Of a stretch of DNA of 64,000 nucleotides, positions 47,301 to 57,600 are shown one piece after another. This DNA is from a virus. The notes under the pieces are model-generated. The model worked only from the letters and a program-made list of their open reading frames with translations, ran no database searches and was not told the DNA's origin. The stretch's first letter is position 1. Every line of letters begins with the position of its first letter. The position numbers and the translations under genes were made by a program. The stretch lies in IMG/VR virus record IMGVR_UViG_3300045996_002184. One strand, 5' to 3'.

Positions 47301-50300
47301 TGGATAACTTAAATATCACGCGGCACACCTACCGTGCAGCAGCTGCGTTTGTACAACTGGAAGATGAAAGTGGTACCGCAGTTGACTTGCGTTACGTAGT
47401 GGGACTACTCACTCAACCGGTTATCCGGGAGTATGATGAGCTGATGAGGCAAGGCAATGACTCACTCTCAGAGGAGTTCTCCCGTGATCTCCACGGTAAG
47501 GTAGTGGCTCAACTCCTGAGCAAACTGATCAGTGAAGGAAAGTTGACCGAGGAGCAAATAGAAGAGATAGATACGATCAGGTTCTCACCAAAGAAATTCG
47601 ACCAGGCCCGTTCTATGGATGGCGCTGCTTTTGTTATGCATCAGCTCGCTGCCTTGCAACTGTTCAGTAAGCTCACCGATATCGGTCAGCGTATGGGTGA
47701 GATCAAATCCATGATCAACCAGGATACCAACGGTGCCGGAAAAAACATATTAGCATCGCTGGACAAGCAAAAAAAGATTGACGAAATATCAACCGGTATC
47801 ATCGCAGGGGCAGAAGACCTGCTAGATGGTACTGAGCAGGAGACCATATACAATGCGACAACCGTGATCGCAAACGTAGTTCTCACGCAAGTACTCCCTT
47901 ACCATAAACTCCAACCGGTATTCGACAGGATCCTGGCAGAAAGTGGCAGGGATAAACTTTCTAACGATCAGCAGCGCAGTATCGTAAAAGCGGTGCGGTC
48001 GTTCGTGTACTCTCAAGGCCAGCACTGGTGGATCAATGCCCAGGAAGATCGCGTTCGTTTGATGTACAACCGGGCCGATGAACCTTCTCTTGCACGCAGG
48101 CTGATGGAAGTCAAAAGAACCTGGGGCAAAGACAATTACTTCCTGGCAAGGCTTGACGTAAGGATCGGGGACAGCAAGGAAGGCCCTGATTACGTTGAGT
48201 ACCAGGCGGCATCCATTGGCCGGATAGACGAGCAGCAGAACGTACGCGCCTGGATGGAGATGTTACTCTCCAGTGACCCTTTAGTGAGATCTCTCGGCGA
48301 GGACCTGCTTCGCTACGCGTTCCTTACCGGTGGCGTACAGGATGCCAACTCCTTTGTCAAGTTTGTACCAGTATCGTATATAGCCAACACTGGGTTTGGC
48401 CAGATGCTCAAAGACCGTAACTGGGCGCAAGTAGGTTCAGAAGTGAACGGATCTGAGACTCCCGGGTTTATCGAGCAATTCTTCCAGCACAATCCTGATA
48501 TGGCAACTCAGCTCTCCACAGATGTCTTCAAGGGAGAATCAGTAGAATACCTGGAAGCGATACCGGTGCCAGAGATTGATAACCCAAAGTTCTCTGCCTT
48601 CTCAAATCTCTTGCGCGGTAAGGAACTGCTTCCTTACGCATCTTTCAGGAGTAAGACCGAAGGAAAGATGATCCTGTATAAGCTACACTACCAGGGTGCT
48701 CAGCCTTATTATATCCGGATCGATACGCTGGGTAACCAGTATTCAGACGAGTACAATGGTAATATCGACAGTGGCCAACGTTCACTCTTTACCGATAACA
48801 GGTCCCTGGCTCAGGTGATACCGGCGGCCAATGCCATTCAGCAGATCGAGGATGCTATCCGTCAGGAAGGTGGCAGTGCAAACGAGACTGTGTATGAAAA
48901 ACTGGGTGTATCCCCGGGCGGTCTTCGTAATATTGAAGCAGCTACGTCACAGATCGCAAGTAATGTCTGGGTACCGCAATACCTGCGTACCACAGCTACG
49001 ATGCTCAGCGGTACCAAAGGACTCAACCGTGAGGCTGCAGCCGTGCTTGGGATACACTTTATCCCCTCACTCGTATTTGACGAGACACTAGCAACTGCGG
49101 GCACATCCAAGTCTTCGGGATCGATTGTTATCAATCCGCTGATGGCTTCCTCAGTTAAAGGTGGAGCCGAGGTATTTCTGCACGAGCTTATGCACAACCG
49201 CTTGCAGACAGTGATCATGGCTACCGGTAATGATCCAAGGGTGATCGCTCAACTCCAGGAAGCTGGACCAGATGCACTCCAGGCATACTTAAACAACGTA
49301 GCGAAGTTCAAGGGAAAGTATACGAAGCTGCAGGAACATATTGATGAACTGGAGCGGGTACGCTATGAAGCGCTCAACCGTCTTCGTAAAGACCTGGGGG
49401 AAGAAAGGTTTAACGAGGTAGTATCAGAGGTTACGAATGGTACTACCGGGTCGCATGAACACATGCTAGTCTATGCGCTCTCTTCCGTGCACGAGCTGAC
49501 CTCTCACGTCATGACCAACTCTCACGTTGCAGCGTATCTAAATAAGATAGAGTCGTCCAAGGGCCAAAGTATTCTGTCACTCATCATGGATAAGATCGCG
49601 GAACTCTTCCTGGAGATGGCAAATGCATTTGGTTTCCCGGTGCGTGATAAGTCACTTTTAAAGGACGCGCTCATTCATACTATCGCACTCGTACAATCAG
49701 AAGGTGACGTGCAGGTGACGGTAGATGAAGCACTATCCAAGCAAACCCTGATCATTACAGATACGGAAGGAAAAGCAAACGAGATACGTGACCTGGCTGA
49801 GAACGTGTATCACCGGGTAACCAATACCGAGCTGCGTGGCCATGAGCATGTGATCCATATCACGAACGAGATCCGTGGGAAAAGCCAGGTGGATAAACTG
49901 ACTGAGGCCCTTGGTAAGCAACTCGAAGACGCAGGTTACGCCATGGGCACTGCACGTTCGCGCAAGGAAAGGATCGCAGCCGCCATCCGGTATCGTGATA
50001 TCAAGGAGCAACTGCAGGAACTCAAGCGTACCAAAAGCGTGAACCTGATCGCTGTTACCGGTAAGAAACAAATGGAGTGGGTGGATAAGGTGCTCGCCAA
50101 GGATAAACCAACGGCAGTCGAGGTCAATATGGCGATCAAGCTTTCCAACATGTGGGGCGGGATCATCGAGCTGTTGTACAGCGAGTTTGACCAGACTCCA
50201 GAAGTGAGTGATGACCTGGCAAAGATCGCAGCTGCCGGCAAGCGTCGTGTGATCGATCTTACCGCTAAGGCAAAAGAAGTAGTAGCTGAAGCGCTCTCTG

Positions 50301-53230
50301 GTCGTATCACGCTCAAAGCATCCGACTTTAAAGAGATAGAAGAAAAGGATACCATCACGGCGAACGTCATGAGTCTATCCCGTACGCGTAACCTGCTCGT
50401 GCAATCCATTGCTACCTTGGGCAGGGACGCCGCTGGTAACAGGGATGAAGAGATGTTCCGTGTAAGAAAGAGACTGGAAGCGCTGGAACAAAAAATGAAG
50501 AAACACGGTATCAAGCCGGAAGACCTCATGCAGGAAGAAGGCTGGGGACTGATGGGTAGGCTTTCATCTAAGTGGAATGAACATATCACTGGACTGAAAG
50601 ACAAGTTACATAGCTCACTTGACGCCATTGACCGCGCACAATATGCACCGAACAAGGCTGAAAACGAAAAGATCATTAACCAGCGTAAGGCCCAAACCTG
50701 GGAAGCTTACTGGAAAGAGATCCGCCGGACCGCGGTATTTGTAGATACCCGGCTCTTCTTCAATTTCGATACCGGTGAACTCCTGACGGATACCGAGGAA
50801 CATTTTAAAGCGCTCGCTACGGCGGTAGGTTCTGAGTCTTATGCGCAAGAGTTGGTAGATGACGCGCAAGACCGGTTCAAAGATTACCTGCAGTACCGCA
50901 CGGACGCTGAGGAACATATCAAGGAAGTAACTGAGCTTTCAGATGAAGAGAAAGCCGGCAAGACTCCGGAAGAGGTAAAGCAACTCTTGGCTGAGAAAGT
51001 ATCAAAGGAAGTAGACAAGTGGCGGGCGTATAATTCACCTACCGAGTTCCTTCGCAAGATGACCGGTAAGGAAGCAGACATGCGCTACCTGAACTACGGC
51101 GATCGCTGGGTGATCATGGCTCCACGGGCAAAGTTCCAGGAGTTCTATGACAAGAATTTTACCAGGCTGGATAAGAACAAGGCGCTGGAATCAGTCCTGG
51201 AAGAGTACCGTAGTATCATGCAGGAACTAATCCCGTACCTGCCTGTGCACGAACGCCAGGACCTGGATGATAACTTTCTTCCGATCGTGTCTCCCGATAC
51301 CGTGAACTCCATGGCGGGCATGCTGGATAAGATCCGCAATTTCGATAAGACTGTAATGGAGGCAATGACTGCTACTGAAGAAGAGGAATATGCCAGGCTC
51401 CACCCTGACAAGGTACCGGTGTTATATACTAAGGCTTCAGGCAGGACCAAGGAACTGGAAAACCGCAGCACGGACCTGATCCGGGTAGCAGAAGCTTTTG
51501 CTAACATGGCTCTTCACTATAAGTACATGGCACCAGTGGTAGAGGCGATCAATGTGGCTGAGACCATTATCAAAGAAGAAAACGCTGAGCGCATCGCTGG
51601 CCGTTCTGAAGGTAAGGTCCTGCGCAATACCATGGATACGATCAAGTATTTCAAAGACGCACTGATCTATAAGAAGCCAAAGGAACTCCAGGGTAAGATC
51701 GATACACCGATCTATTCGATCAATCCGGCCAAGTCCAGGAAGATGGAAAACCGCGCGCGTGAACTGGAGAAGCGCAGGATCGAGATCAAAGACGAGATCA
51801 ATCGCCAGATGATTGATGAAGGAAACTTTGAAACACCCGAGCTGGATAAAGAACTGGAAGAGATCGATAAGGAACTTACCTCGATCGCGGACCAGGCCAG
51901 GTTCATCTACGGATCCAAACTAGCCGATAACCTGATCACGATTAATCAGCTCAAAGCACTTTCCTATAATCCGTTCTCAGCCGTAACCAACTTCACCTTC
52001 GGTATGATGTCTATCTGGCTTCATGCCAATGGCAGAAGGGATTTCGACAAGAGTACCTTAGGTAAGGCTCAACTCCTGATGCGTAGTGCGCAGGCCAGGT
52101 ATTTCACCTTCGGGGCCTCTACTGATAAGACTGCCCAGAAAGTGTCAGCGCTCATGGAACGACTCGGTGTAATGGGAGATATCGTAGACTCGGCCTATGG
52201 CGCTTCTCAACTTCATACTAGGCAGAAAGGAGTGGTACGTAAAGCGGTATCACCTTATAACTGGCAGAAGAGTGGTGACTATTATAACAAGGGATCAATG
52301 ATGGTAGCGATGCTGATGTACTATAAGGTGCAGGCTACCGATAAAAATGGTGTAGTGCGGGAGATCTCGCTCTGGGAGGCTCTGGATGAGAATGGGAACT
52401 GGGATACAACCCAGTACCAGGCCAACCAGGAATGGTATTCCGACGACGTAAACGAGCAGGTGAAGTGGAATCACTTCCGTTCCCGGGTACGTAAAGTGGG
52501 TATGCTGGTCTTTGGTAACCAGGATAAGAACTCACCTCTCATGGCAAAGAAGCACTTCCTAACCAGGCTGATCGGCCAGTTCCGTCTCTCCTGGTTCCCG
52601 GAAGGAGTGGCCGCACGCTTCATGACCGAGAGAATGGATACCGAACTCGGCCGGGTAGTAAAAGGCAGGTACCGTACCTACGGATCACTTGGCTTCAGTT
52701 CCCTGGCGGTTCTGTTCAAGCAACTACTTTCTACCCTGCCCGGTTTGCGAGTGGATCCTTTCAACGGTGTAACGGACCGGAAGGGTAACCCGATATCGGA
52801 AGCCGACATTGAGAATATGCGGAAGAATTTCGCTGAGATCGGTCTTGCCGCCCTGCTCTTCGCAGCCTTCCTTTTGGTAAAGTCACTGGCTGATGGGGAT
52901 GATGACAAGAAGCGCAAGAAAAAGAAGGGGACAGAAGCGATGAGTATGATGCTACTGGCAAACATGCTCACCCGTAACTACAATGACCTCATGCTTTACG
53001 CGCAACCAGGGGTCTTTGATACCGTAACGGGTAACCTGGTACCGGCCACCGCAGTGGTGACCGACACATGGAAGGCACTAAAGGCCAGTGCCCATTACAT
53101 GGTGTCTGAAGGAGAACAGGAAGACTTCGACAAATGGTTGACCAAGTTTACAAGGGCGATACCGGTCGTGAACCTCTATCCGAAGACACGTACCATGCTC
53201 ACCCGTGACTTAAATACAATTGAGAGATAA
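41381..53230 (+). CDS. Giant virion-associated RNA polymerase (crAss/phi14:2 gp66-like), multidomain
   Basis: IGARIPNQG..SM...I.GF...GDIIVVP.AI.KQMGADFDVDKLF catalytic signature (DFDVD at 46718-46732); HELMH zincin motif at 49181-49195. Confidence 0.9.
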   Translation: MSSVCHHLAPNGQKSILYQQLELKVGADKAHDIWTDIRSQQFLNKHGDWTNTTGSVESGSSYTNHSGGANGADTWWEKIGKEYGVDQHNQYWHGTKTPTGNFEISNEEIEEGWQQVLKANLSLKRRPNAAKHKSLLGRNWFQVKNSDGVFAIGKLASPATVDGGTGWAVQMAIDNNKPVYVFDQETMDWYEYSYKLNRFIRTTTPKLTKNFAGIGSRKLTEAGKAAIRTVYAKTFTASTAEISLDMNGEPTIDWVLERVNVQSVPVEREVVKRSFEPAKAVKVSERQTEEEFLATIKNFYDEASKNPEKIYTVDYLAKSEKKRYPSGYTSKELAILFDSIPMPSNVAFTESFGKLIANTPRRILSSFTSIIPVELMGRDEAAIHQDMARLLVPRIDADGNHVGFFDSAEHLEVVNSMLYTTVKYLTSDPSLKGNAIIKAFYSANESRKAMDAAGIQNDRRENLFHIYQAREQFADALITKLETLGWKISDQARARILSGVRYLQNLGEREKQVMDEKELEFADTLDDTEDFEEAMGHGLKDWNDVVFELDPKDTASARLKLFMAVLPEMDRGVFTVSEEGVKIMDADIIQAAKTGPAALKALKEKDPARMSGLMRSVHRRQMWLGSQEASENMQKFLQEEYPRIPMTNFIGLRKLVDFEEIFKDTMELLADQPQDIGKYIETLAGSGKPNLQNLALELERAPEQLQNEFAKVMKKQYQQFTLLLFKNTKEDGMEFFELNPINANRYSQKNTILKHWKENQKLSPIMIPAPGGDRQIDTERAIKKWVPYLERARSIDKWVTETVDKNTRRKKKWLTEEAKREVATFGNILRYVGIDMSDEMLKDLFLNTERWTKGSKYEGGIARQFMVTKDGQPNGIFSSIIMKLAGFSSDADQEEDVEPAKRAELNNPLYTENSAMKVLSAVAAKYTPALHSPNHKSGEGKSVWDYGLPTRLSNTVLAMKTDFEGFKAQFKDIDIARDNWMLTLLSDNPKMQSKIQVEYMDVIKPSWAKKGTTRQGMSDREQALFAIGNFQNKGQSPKYVSLTHADKTTTPVFSGFGKAVNIGKVIDDRGAHLPLPSTVVGDMTSKFFQVFKAEHSRILNQKKPTNNRQYDQGKQLFYFIPDFNYDAMKAMVETGELTEKEFTYIWVGGQRNLTQVIHDDRELPVINKIINRYLDRIILNTEERWMKYGIIGKKNLQFDRKYIRKMLKAAGIKASKSPSGKYTYTNDKGLILSEEQLRTIMIKTATRDFAVNYTLFNISTSQIMFGDPAMAYKGKDGMNDLEKVAATMKEYSKRLAKDIAPGQEGNWLPNERKFTAITLADVETSENYLENTAPELAKAYGKVDATDAQEFTTVKEHLRILKAMGLVPATVFNEMVKIIDEAGPEGYYAFEKPEHLEVVMQPMKPVYSYTRKVGRAMMEDYVKSSSYPLYPPMIRGTELWHLRTMMEFEGIDRAHFASAKKLGQPTEPVTVFNKKGEFTLPSTEVLKAGIVQLDRAGFRIQQEVPYEETKTHIKTVSQMNKLITQGIGKISGFQVPGHDKMNGTELRKLKEEVRSKMIGLQLREFLSKLNIDEDTLDFNDKGKIYELLVEEATRKGYTLNELQSLIGRDENGELHIPLVYNTGVDRFESLLMSMVKKIVDVKMTGKSFIQASSVGYSFKDEASINKSKIVWLDGYDGSPLKTLHHDKDGKVRAAQVLVPFNFMDASGNAVDISKYTIRRDGRTYIDETKIPRELMQLIGARIPNQGHNSMLPIEIVGFVPAEMGDIIVVPSAITKQMGADFDVDKLFTYRRPYVIQEDGSFTMVPLESEDQMAKLQGQYFDIHWAVLMHPKMTQKILSPLDKKDLKLEAEKHDPKTLVDFYDVNSQMDDFQRGKDAKLLVGATSLSVTFNSVIEDKALHIVKQVLVDSDEVEGEKKVKIVRDHVYVLGDNGEEIGLTNLSGEGKSSYNGEERTKHDNHTTIQSAAVDNAKERTLDNLNITRHTYRAAAAFVQLEDESGTAVDLRYVVGLLTQPVIREYDELMRQGNDSLSEEFSRDLHGKVVAQLLSKLISEGKLTEEQIEEIDTIRFSPKKFDQARSMDGAAFVMHQLAALQLFSKLTDIGQRMGEIKSMINQDTNGAGKNILASLDKQKKIDEISTGIIAGAEDLLDGTEQETIYNATTVIANVVLTQVLPYHKLQPVFDRILAESGRDKLSNDQQRSIVKAVRSFVYSQGQHWWINAQEDRVRLMYNRADEPSLARRLMEVKRTWGKDNYFLARLDVRIGDSKEGPDYVEYQAASIGRIDEQQNVRAWMEMLLSSDPLVRSLGEDLLRYAFLTGGVQDANSFVKFVPVSYIANTGFGQMLKDRNWAQVGSEVNGSETPGFIEQFFQHNPDMATQLSTDVFKGESVEYLEAIPVPEIDNPKFSAFSNLLRGKELLPYASFRSKTEGKMILYKLHYQGAQPYYIRIDTLGNQYSDEYNGNIDSGQRSLFTDNRSLAQVIPAANAIQQIEDAIRQEGGSANETVYEKLGVSPGGLRNIEAATSQIASNVWVPQYLRTTATMLSGTKGLNREAAAVLGIHFIPSLVFDETLATAGTSKSSGSIVINPLMASSVKGGAEVFLHELMHNRLQTVIMATGNDPRVIAQLQEAGPDALQAYLNNVAKFKGKYTKLQEHIDELERVRYEALNRLRKDLGEERFNEVVSEVTNGTTGSHEHMLVYALSSVHELTSHVMTNSHVAAYLNKIESSKGQSILSLIMDKIAELFLEMANAFGFPVRDKSLLKDALIHTIALVQSEGDVQVTVDEALSKQTLIITDTEGKANEIRDLAENVYHRVTNTELRGHEHVIHITNEIRGKSQVDKLTEALGKQLEDAGYAMGTARSRKERIAAAIRYRDIKEQLQELKRTKSVNLIAVTGKKQMEWVDKVLAKDKPTAVEVNMAIKLSNMWGGIIELLYSEFDQTPEVSDDLAKIAAAGKRRVIDLTAKAKEVVAEALSGRITLKASDFKEIEEKDTITANVMSLSRTRNLLVQSIATLGRDAAGNRDEEMFRVRKRLEALEQKMKKHGIKPEDLMQEEGWGLMGRLSSKWNEHITGLKDKLHSSLDAIDRAQYAPNKAENEKIINQRKAQTWEAYWKEIRRTAVFVDTRLFFNFDTGELLTDTEEHFKALATAVGSESYAQELVDDAQDRFKDYLQYRTDAEEHIKEVTELSDEEKAGKTPEEVKQLLAEKVSKEVDKWRAYNSPTEFLRKMTGKEADMRYLNYGDRWVIMAPRAKFQEFYDKNFTRLDKNKALESVLEEYRSIMQELIPYLPVHERQDLDDNFLPIVSPDTVNSMAGMLDKIRNFDKTVMEAMTATEEEEYARLHPDKVPVLYTKASGRTKELENRSTDLIRVAEAFANMALHYKYMAPVVEAINVAETIIKEENAERIAGRSEGKVLRNTMDTIKYFKDALIYKKPKELQGKIDTPIYSINPAKSRKMENRARELEKRRIEIKDEINRQMIDEGNFETPELDKELEEIDKELTSIADQARFIYGSKLADNLITINQLKALSYNPFSAVTNFTFGMMSIWLHANGRRDFDKSTLGKAQLLMRSAQARYFTFGASTDKTAQKVSALMERLGVMGDIVDSAYGASQLHTRQKGVVRKAVSPYNWQKSGDYYNKGSMMVAMLMYYKVQATDKNGVVREISLWEALDENGNWDTTQYQANQEWYSDDVNEQVKWNHFRSRVRKVGMLVFGNQDKNSPLMAKKHFLTRLIGQFRLSWFPEGVAARFMTERMDTELGRVVKGRYRTYGSLGFSSLAVLFKQLLSTLPGLRVDPFNGVTDRKGNPISEADIENMRKNFAEIGLAALLFAAFLLVKSLADGDDDKKRKKKKGTEAMSMMLLANMLTRNYNDLMLYAQPGVFDTVTGNLVPATAVVTDTWKALKASAHYMVSEGEQEDFDKWLTKFTRAIPVVNLYPKTRTMLTRDLNTIER

Positions 53231-53263
53231 AACATAACTTTATCACACCTAAACCCTGATATC

Positions 53264-54007
53264 ATGAGCTTTCAACCAGTGATAGCGCTCGTCGAGATAC
53301 CTCGTACCAACGACTCTTTCGAGGTTATTGACGATACCGATGATTCCCCGGCGTACGCGCAAGGCTGGGGAGCGGCAAATGCGCCGGCAAACCTAGCGGC
53401 TATCACCTCGATATATTCCCAACTTCAACCTTACGGTGAAGACGTAGTGCAGATCGTTCCAACCGGTAACCTTACCGATGGGCTGGAAAGTGCGGTTGAT
53501 ATCCGTGACGGGGTAAATACCCTGGGAGTCTACTATGGTAAATCCCTGACGGTATCAGTTACAGCGATATCCGACGACCGTAAAACACTTACCCTCAATA
53601 GCTCGATCGTGGATCACCTGGCTGTACTGGCCAACGTCTACGCGATAGATGTTGACGGGACCAACTTCCCGGTACGGATCCGTTCTCTTAGTGCAACTAC
53701 CCTGGAACTGTACGAAGCCTTGCCTGATACGGCGGTTGTGTATTCCACGCTCTATGTTTACTGGCTTGCTACTTACATGACCCTGGTATTAAACCAGGCT
53801 GAAGGAAGGATCGCAAAGCTGATCGCAGCCGTACCAATCAAGGCAAAGACGTGTGAGGCTGCAGACGAGGCTGCTCATGCGGTACACTTAAAGCTCGCGG
53901 CGGAAGCCGCCTTTGCCAACGGTGACTATGCCAAGGCGCATGAGGCGGCCAGGCTCATAACATCGGATCTTACTTATCCCACTTCAAATTGTGCAACCTG
54001 TGAGTAA
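53264..54007 (+). CDS. Putative tail-region structural protein
   Basis: Position ahead of the tail fibre; C-terminal helical bundle ending in CATCE. Confidence 0.5.
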   Translation: MSFQPVIALVEIPRTNDSFEVIDDTDDSPAYAQGWGAANAPANLAAITSIYSQLQPYGEDVVQIVPTGNLTDGLESAVDIRDGVNTLGVYYGKSLTVSVTAISDDRKTLTLNSSIVDHLAVLANVYAIDVDGTNFPVRIRSLSATTLELYEALPDTAVVYSTLYVYWLATYMTLVLNQAEGRIAKLIAAVPIKAKTCEAADEAAHAVHLKLAAEAAFANGDYAKAHEAARLITSDLTYPTSNCATCE

Positions 54008-54683
54008 CGTATACGTAGAAACAACCACTACCAATATCGATACGACAGAGATCGATGCAGCGGTACTCAGGGCTCAGTCCCTGCTTACCCTCACTGCCGT
54101 GCGTGGTGGTTACCAGCGACTTTACCGGATGACGGATACCGATTTCTGTAAACGAAAGCAACTCTACTTATACATCTACTTTTTACAACTCTGGGACTCA
54201 GCCGATGACGCGGATAATTATACCTCTACACCGGAAATGCTCATGGTGCTTTCAGCTATGGAAAAACTATTCCACGACATCGGGCACTGTGATGGAGAGC
54301 TTGAGTATACTGTGGCAGTTAACGTAGTGACCAATGACGAACCGGTGGAGAATACCGGGAGGTTCAGGGCATACTGGGGCTGGAAGACTACCGACGATAT
54401 ACTCACTGAGTCCGAGATTGAGGCCAGCATCTATACCAGTGCCTTCACAAACAACGGTATCGTTACAGCAGACTACCGTACCAATAACTCACCAAGGTAT
54501 CTCTGGGTGGCGATACCGCTCACGCAACCTGCCAGGACGGACTGGTATGTCAGCGATCTCAATAATGGCCAGTTCGGTACTGGTGAATTGTTTGATACCG
54601 GGGTTACCGTTGGCAACTACCGGTTCTATATCACCAGTTACCCGACGCAACAAAACGAATTACCAATCCAGTTTAGAATATGA
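53991..54683 (+). CDS. Putative tail-associated protein
   Basis: Helical N-terminus and beta-sandwich-like C-terminus (YLWVAIP...YRFYIT). Confidence 0.5.
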   Translation: MQPVSNVYVETTTTNIDTTEIDAAVLRAQSLLTLTAVRGGYQRLYRMTDTDFCKRKQLYLYIYFLQLWDSADDADNYTSTPEMLMVLSAMEKLFHDIGHCDGELEYTVAVNVVTNDEPVENTGRFRAYWGWKTTDDILTESEIEASIYTSAFTNNGIVTADYRTNNSPRYLWVAIPLTQPARTDWYVSDLNNGQFGTGELFDTGVTVGNYRFYITSYPTQQNELPIQFRI

Positions 54684-57600
54684 CAGGTGGTACCCAGATA
54701 AACAACGGATTTGAAAACAAGATGCCAAAGCCGATGGACTTGCGCAAAGGCAAGTTCGTGTCCGGTGCCTGGGTAGGCTATGATGATGTAGATGAAGCCA
54801 ACTCCACTATCCTTGTTTACTACCGTTACGTGGGTCTCACTGTTCATATCAGTGATGGATCCGGAGGTATAATTGAATACTGGTATAAAGAAGGTACGGC
54901 AGACGGTGACCTGGTAGTAAAAGAGACTTCACTCACTGGGTATGTCCAGGGAGCTGGCACTGCTGGGTACCTCGCCCGCTGGACCGATACCGATTCCATT
55001 GGTAACAGCCCGATCTATTCTGATGGTACCGACGTAGTAGTAGGAGGATCCACGATCACCGGTATTTATAAGATGGACGTGATCGGTGGGTTTCGCGCAA
55101 CCTCAATTGCGATCAGCGGACTTACCAGCGGCAGAGTGCCTAGAGCGTCAACTGGCGGCTTAATCATAGACGGCACTATCCGTGATGACGGTACTAATGT
55201 AGGTATAGGGGTTGCTCCTGTGACTGGGAATAATTTATCAGTGGGTGGTACGTCAACTGTTCAACAGAGATGGCTTTCTTCTGCTGCTAATGCTACTCCA
55301 ATATACATAGGAACGAACAGTGGAAATAACTTATATATCGCCCTTAATAGAGATGTAGTCGGTACCGTACATAACACAGCGTATACGATTCCTGCTATCC
55401 TCTTGAACAACGGCACGAACACTTCTTCTATAAGTTTTTATCTCAGCAACACCCCGAATACTGTTACAGAGACAGGTAGAGCATTTGGCACAGGCAACTG
55501 GTTCTTCGGTGCATCACCAACTGACGCAGGATATAAAGTAGATATTAATGGTACGCTGAGAGTGCAGAACAACTCATTCCACTCAACAAAGATGTGGGTT
55601 GGTTCAGACTTCACAGACAATGGATACACGCTTCAGATTAGAAGTGCAAGCGCGGGAATGGCGGGATTGTATCTAAGGGGAGGAGGAACGGGTGGCTATC
55701 CAATAATTTACGCATCTGATTATAGTGGGAGCACGAGCAGTACATTCCTTGTAGATAATGTGGGTAACATCGTTTCAGGTGCAACATCCACTTTAGCCAA
55801 TTTACAGTTAGCAAGAAGTATCACCGCATCCTCAGCCATAGCAAGAGGAGTATATGTAAACAATACCCTTGTAAGCGCTGCTAATAATGATGTACTGGTA
55901 GCACTTGATATTAACCCTACCTTCTCTATTACTCATTCTACAGTATTACAAGTAGGGCTGAGAGTGAACAAAGGCAATGTACTTGTTAATGGAACTACAG
56001 CATTTGCATGGGCTACGAGCAATACTGCAAATGTGAATATAGGTTCTGCTTCTAATGAATTTACTGGACAGTACATATTAAACAGCAATGCAGGGTCAAG
56101 TGTATTTACTGGTTTATATATGGGTAGTTCTCTTTCTCAAGGAAATTACTCATCAATTGGACATCTTCATTCAAGTGGTCAGGGTGTAGGATTAGCAAAT
56201 CAAGGTTATTGGTTTGGTACAGGTGTTAATGGTTTAAAGATTGCAGCCGCAAATGCAACAGGCGTAATAGAGTTTGCAACAGGAGCATTCACGGTTAATG
56301 CCAAGATGTTCTCTACTGGTAACTGGTTTATCGGAACATCACCAACAGACGCAGGCTACAAACTTGATGTAGCAGGCACATTCAGGAATACAGGGAACAC
56401 ATATTTGGCTACAACAGTAGGCGGCATAGTTGGTATTGGTACAACCTCACCTGTTCTTCCATTGGACTTGGTTCATGATGGAGTGACAGTTAATGGTATC
56501 GGTAAGAGTCATATTAGGGCATTAGATAGTTCAGCAACAGCACAAGATGTTGGAGGTGCTATTTTATTTGGAGGCAAAGGTGATAGTGTACCTAATTACT
56601 ACAACTTCGCTGCTATAAAGGGTGGTAAAGAGAATGGAACATCTGGAAACTACGCTGGTTACTTTGCAGTTTATACCAGACCACATGGAGGAGACTTAAC
56701 TCAGCAATTAAAAATATCATCAACAGGTGTAGCAACATTCACAGGAAGTATCTCAGCCACTTCTCTTACAGCCACAGGGCTTACAGCAGGAAGGATACCT
56801 TATGTGGGTACGGGGGGGTTGTTGCAAGACCATGCTTCTTTTAGTATTGATAATACAAGTTGGAATTTACTTAAAGTTAAAGGTGCAGCAACAAATGCTG
56901 CTGGTGTTGTAATATATAGCCCTGATGAAACTAAGTATGGTTATATAATTCACAGGTATGGGGCAGGGTCTTTAGGGTTGTCTGATTACTTGGAAATAAA
57001 TGCAAATACGGCAATTGGTTTTCTTACATCCCAAGAGGTTATTATAGGCACTAATCCTACAACTGGTAGACGATTTCGTTTAACATCAACAGGCAACCTT
57101 GAGATATTAGACCAAATTAGCGGTGCAAGGTTTCAAAATACAACAGGCAACAATTTTTTCAATAGTACTTCAGGCAACACACTTATAGGCACTACCACAG
57201 ATGCAGGGCAGAAGTTACAAGTGAATGGAACAACATTGCTTGGTGGGAATGTTACGTTTGGTGGAACACAGAATAGTTTCTCAACCGCTAACTCATATCT
57301 CTTTTTCCCTAACAGTGGCGGGATAAGAATATCTCCTACTAATGCTATCAACACTGCTTCAACAACTGTAAGCGCTTTAACAGTGATGGACAGTGGTTTC
57401 GGTGCGATTGCTTGGACAACGGGAACCAACGTGTTCAACGCTATCACCATTAACACGCAAATAAATACTACGGGAGGCACGACAACTGCAAGAGGCTTCT
57501 ATTACAACCCTACGCTCACAGGAGTAGTCGGCTTGACTAACATAGCACTAGAGAGCACGAATGGTTTATATAGAATAGTTCACTCCACGCTTAATAATGA

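Larger units (their letters stand above)
7395..53242 (+). promoter_or_regulatory. Recurrent Bacteroidota-type -7 promoter elements (TAnnTTTR)
   Basis: TATCTTTA 7395, TATATTTG 15292, TATATTTG 20532, TAACTTTA 23622 and TAACTTTA 53235; each starts about 27-45 nt upstream of a start codon, two directly after terminators. Confidence 0.5.
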
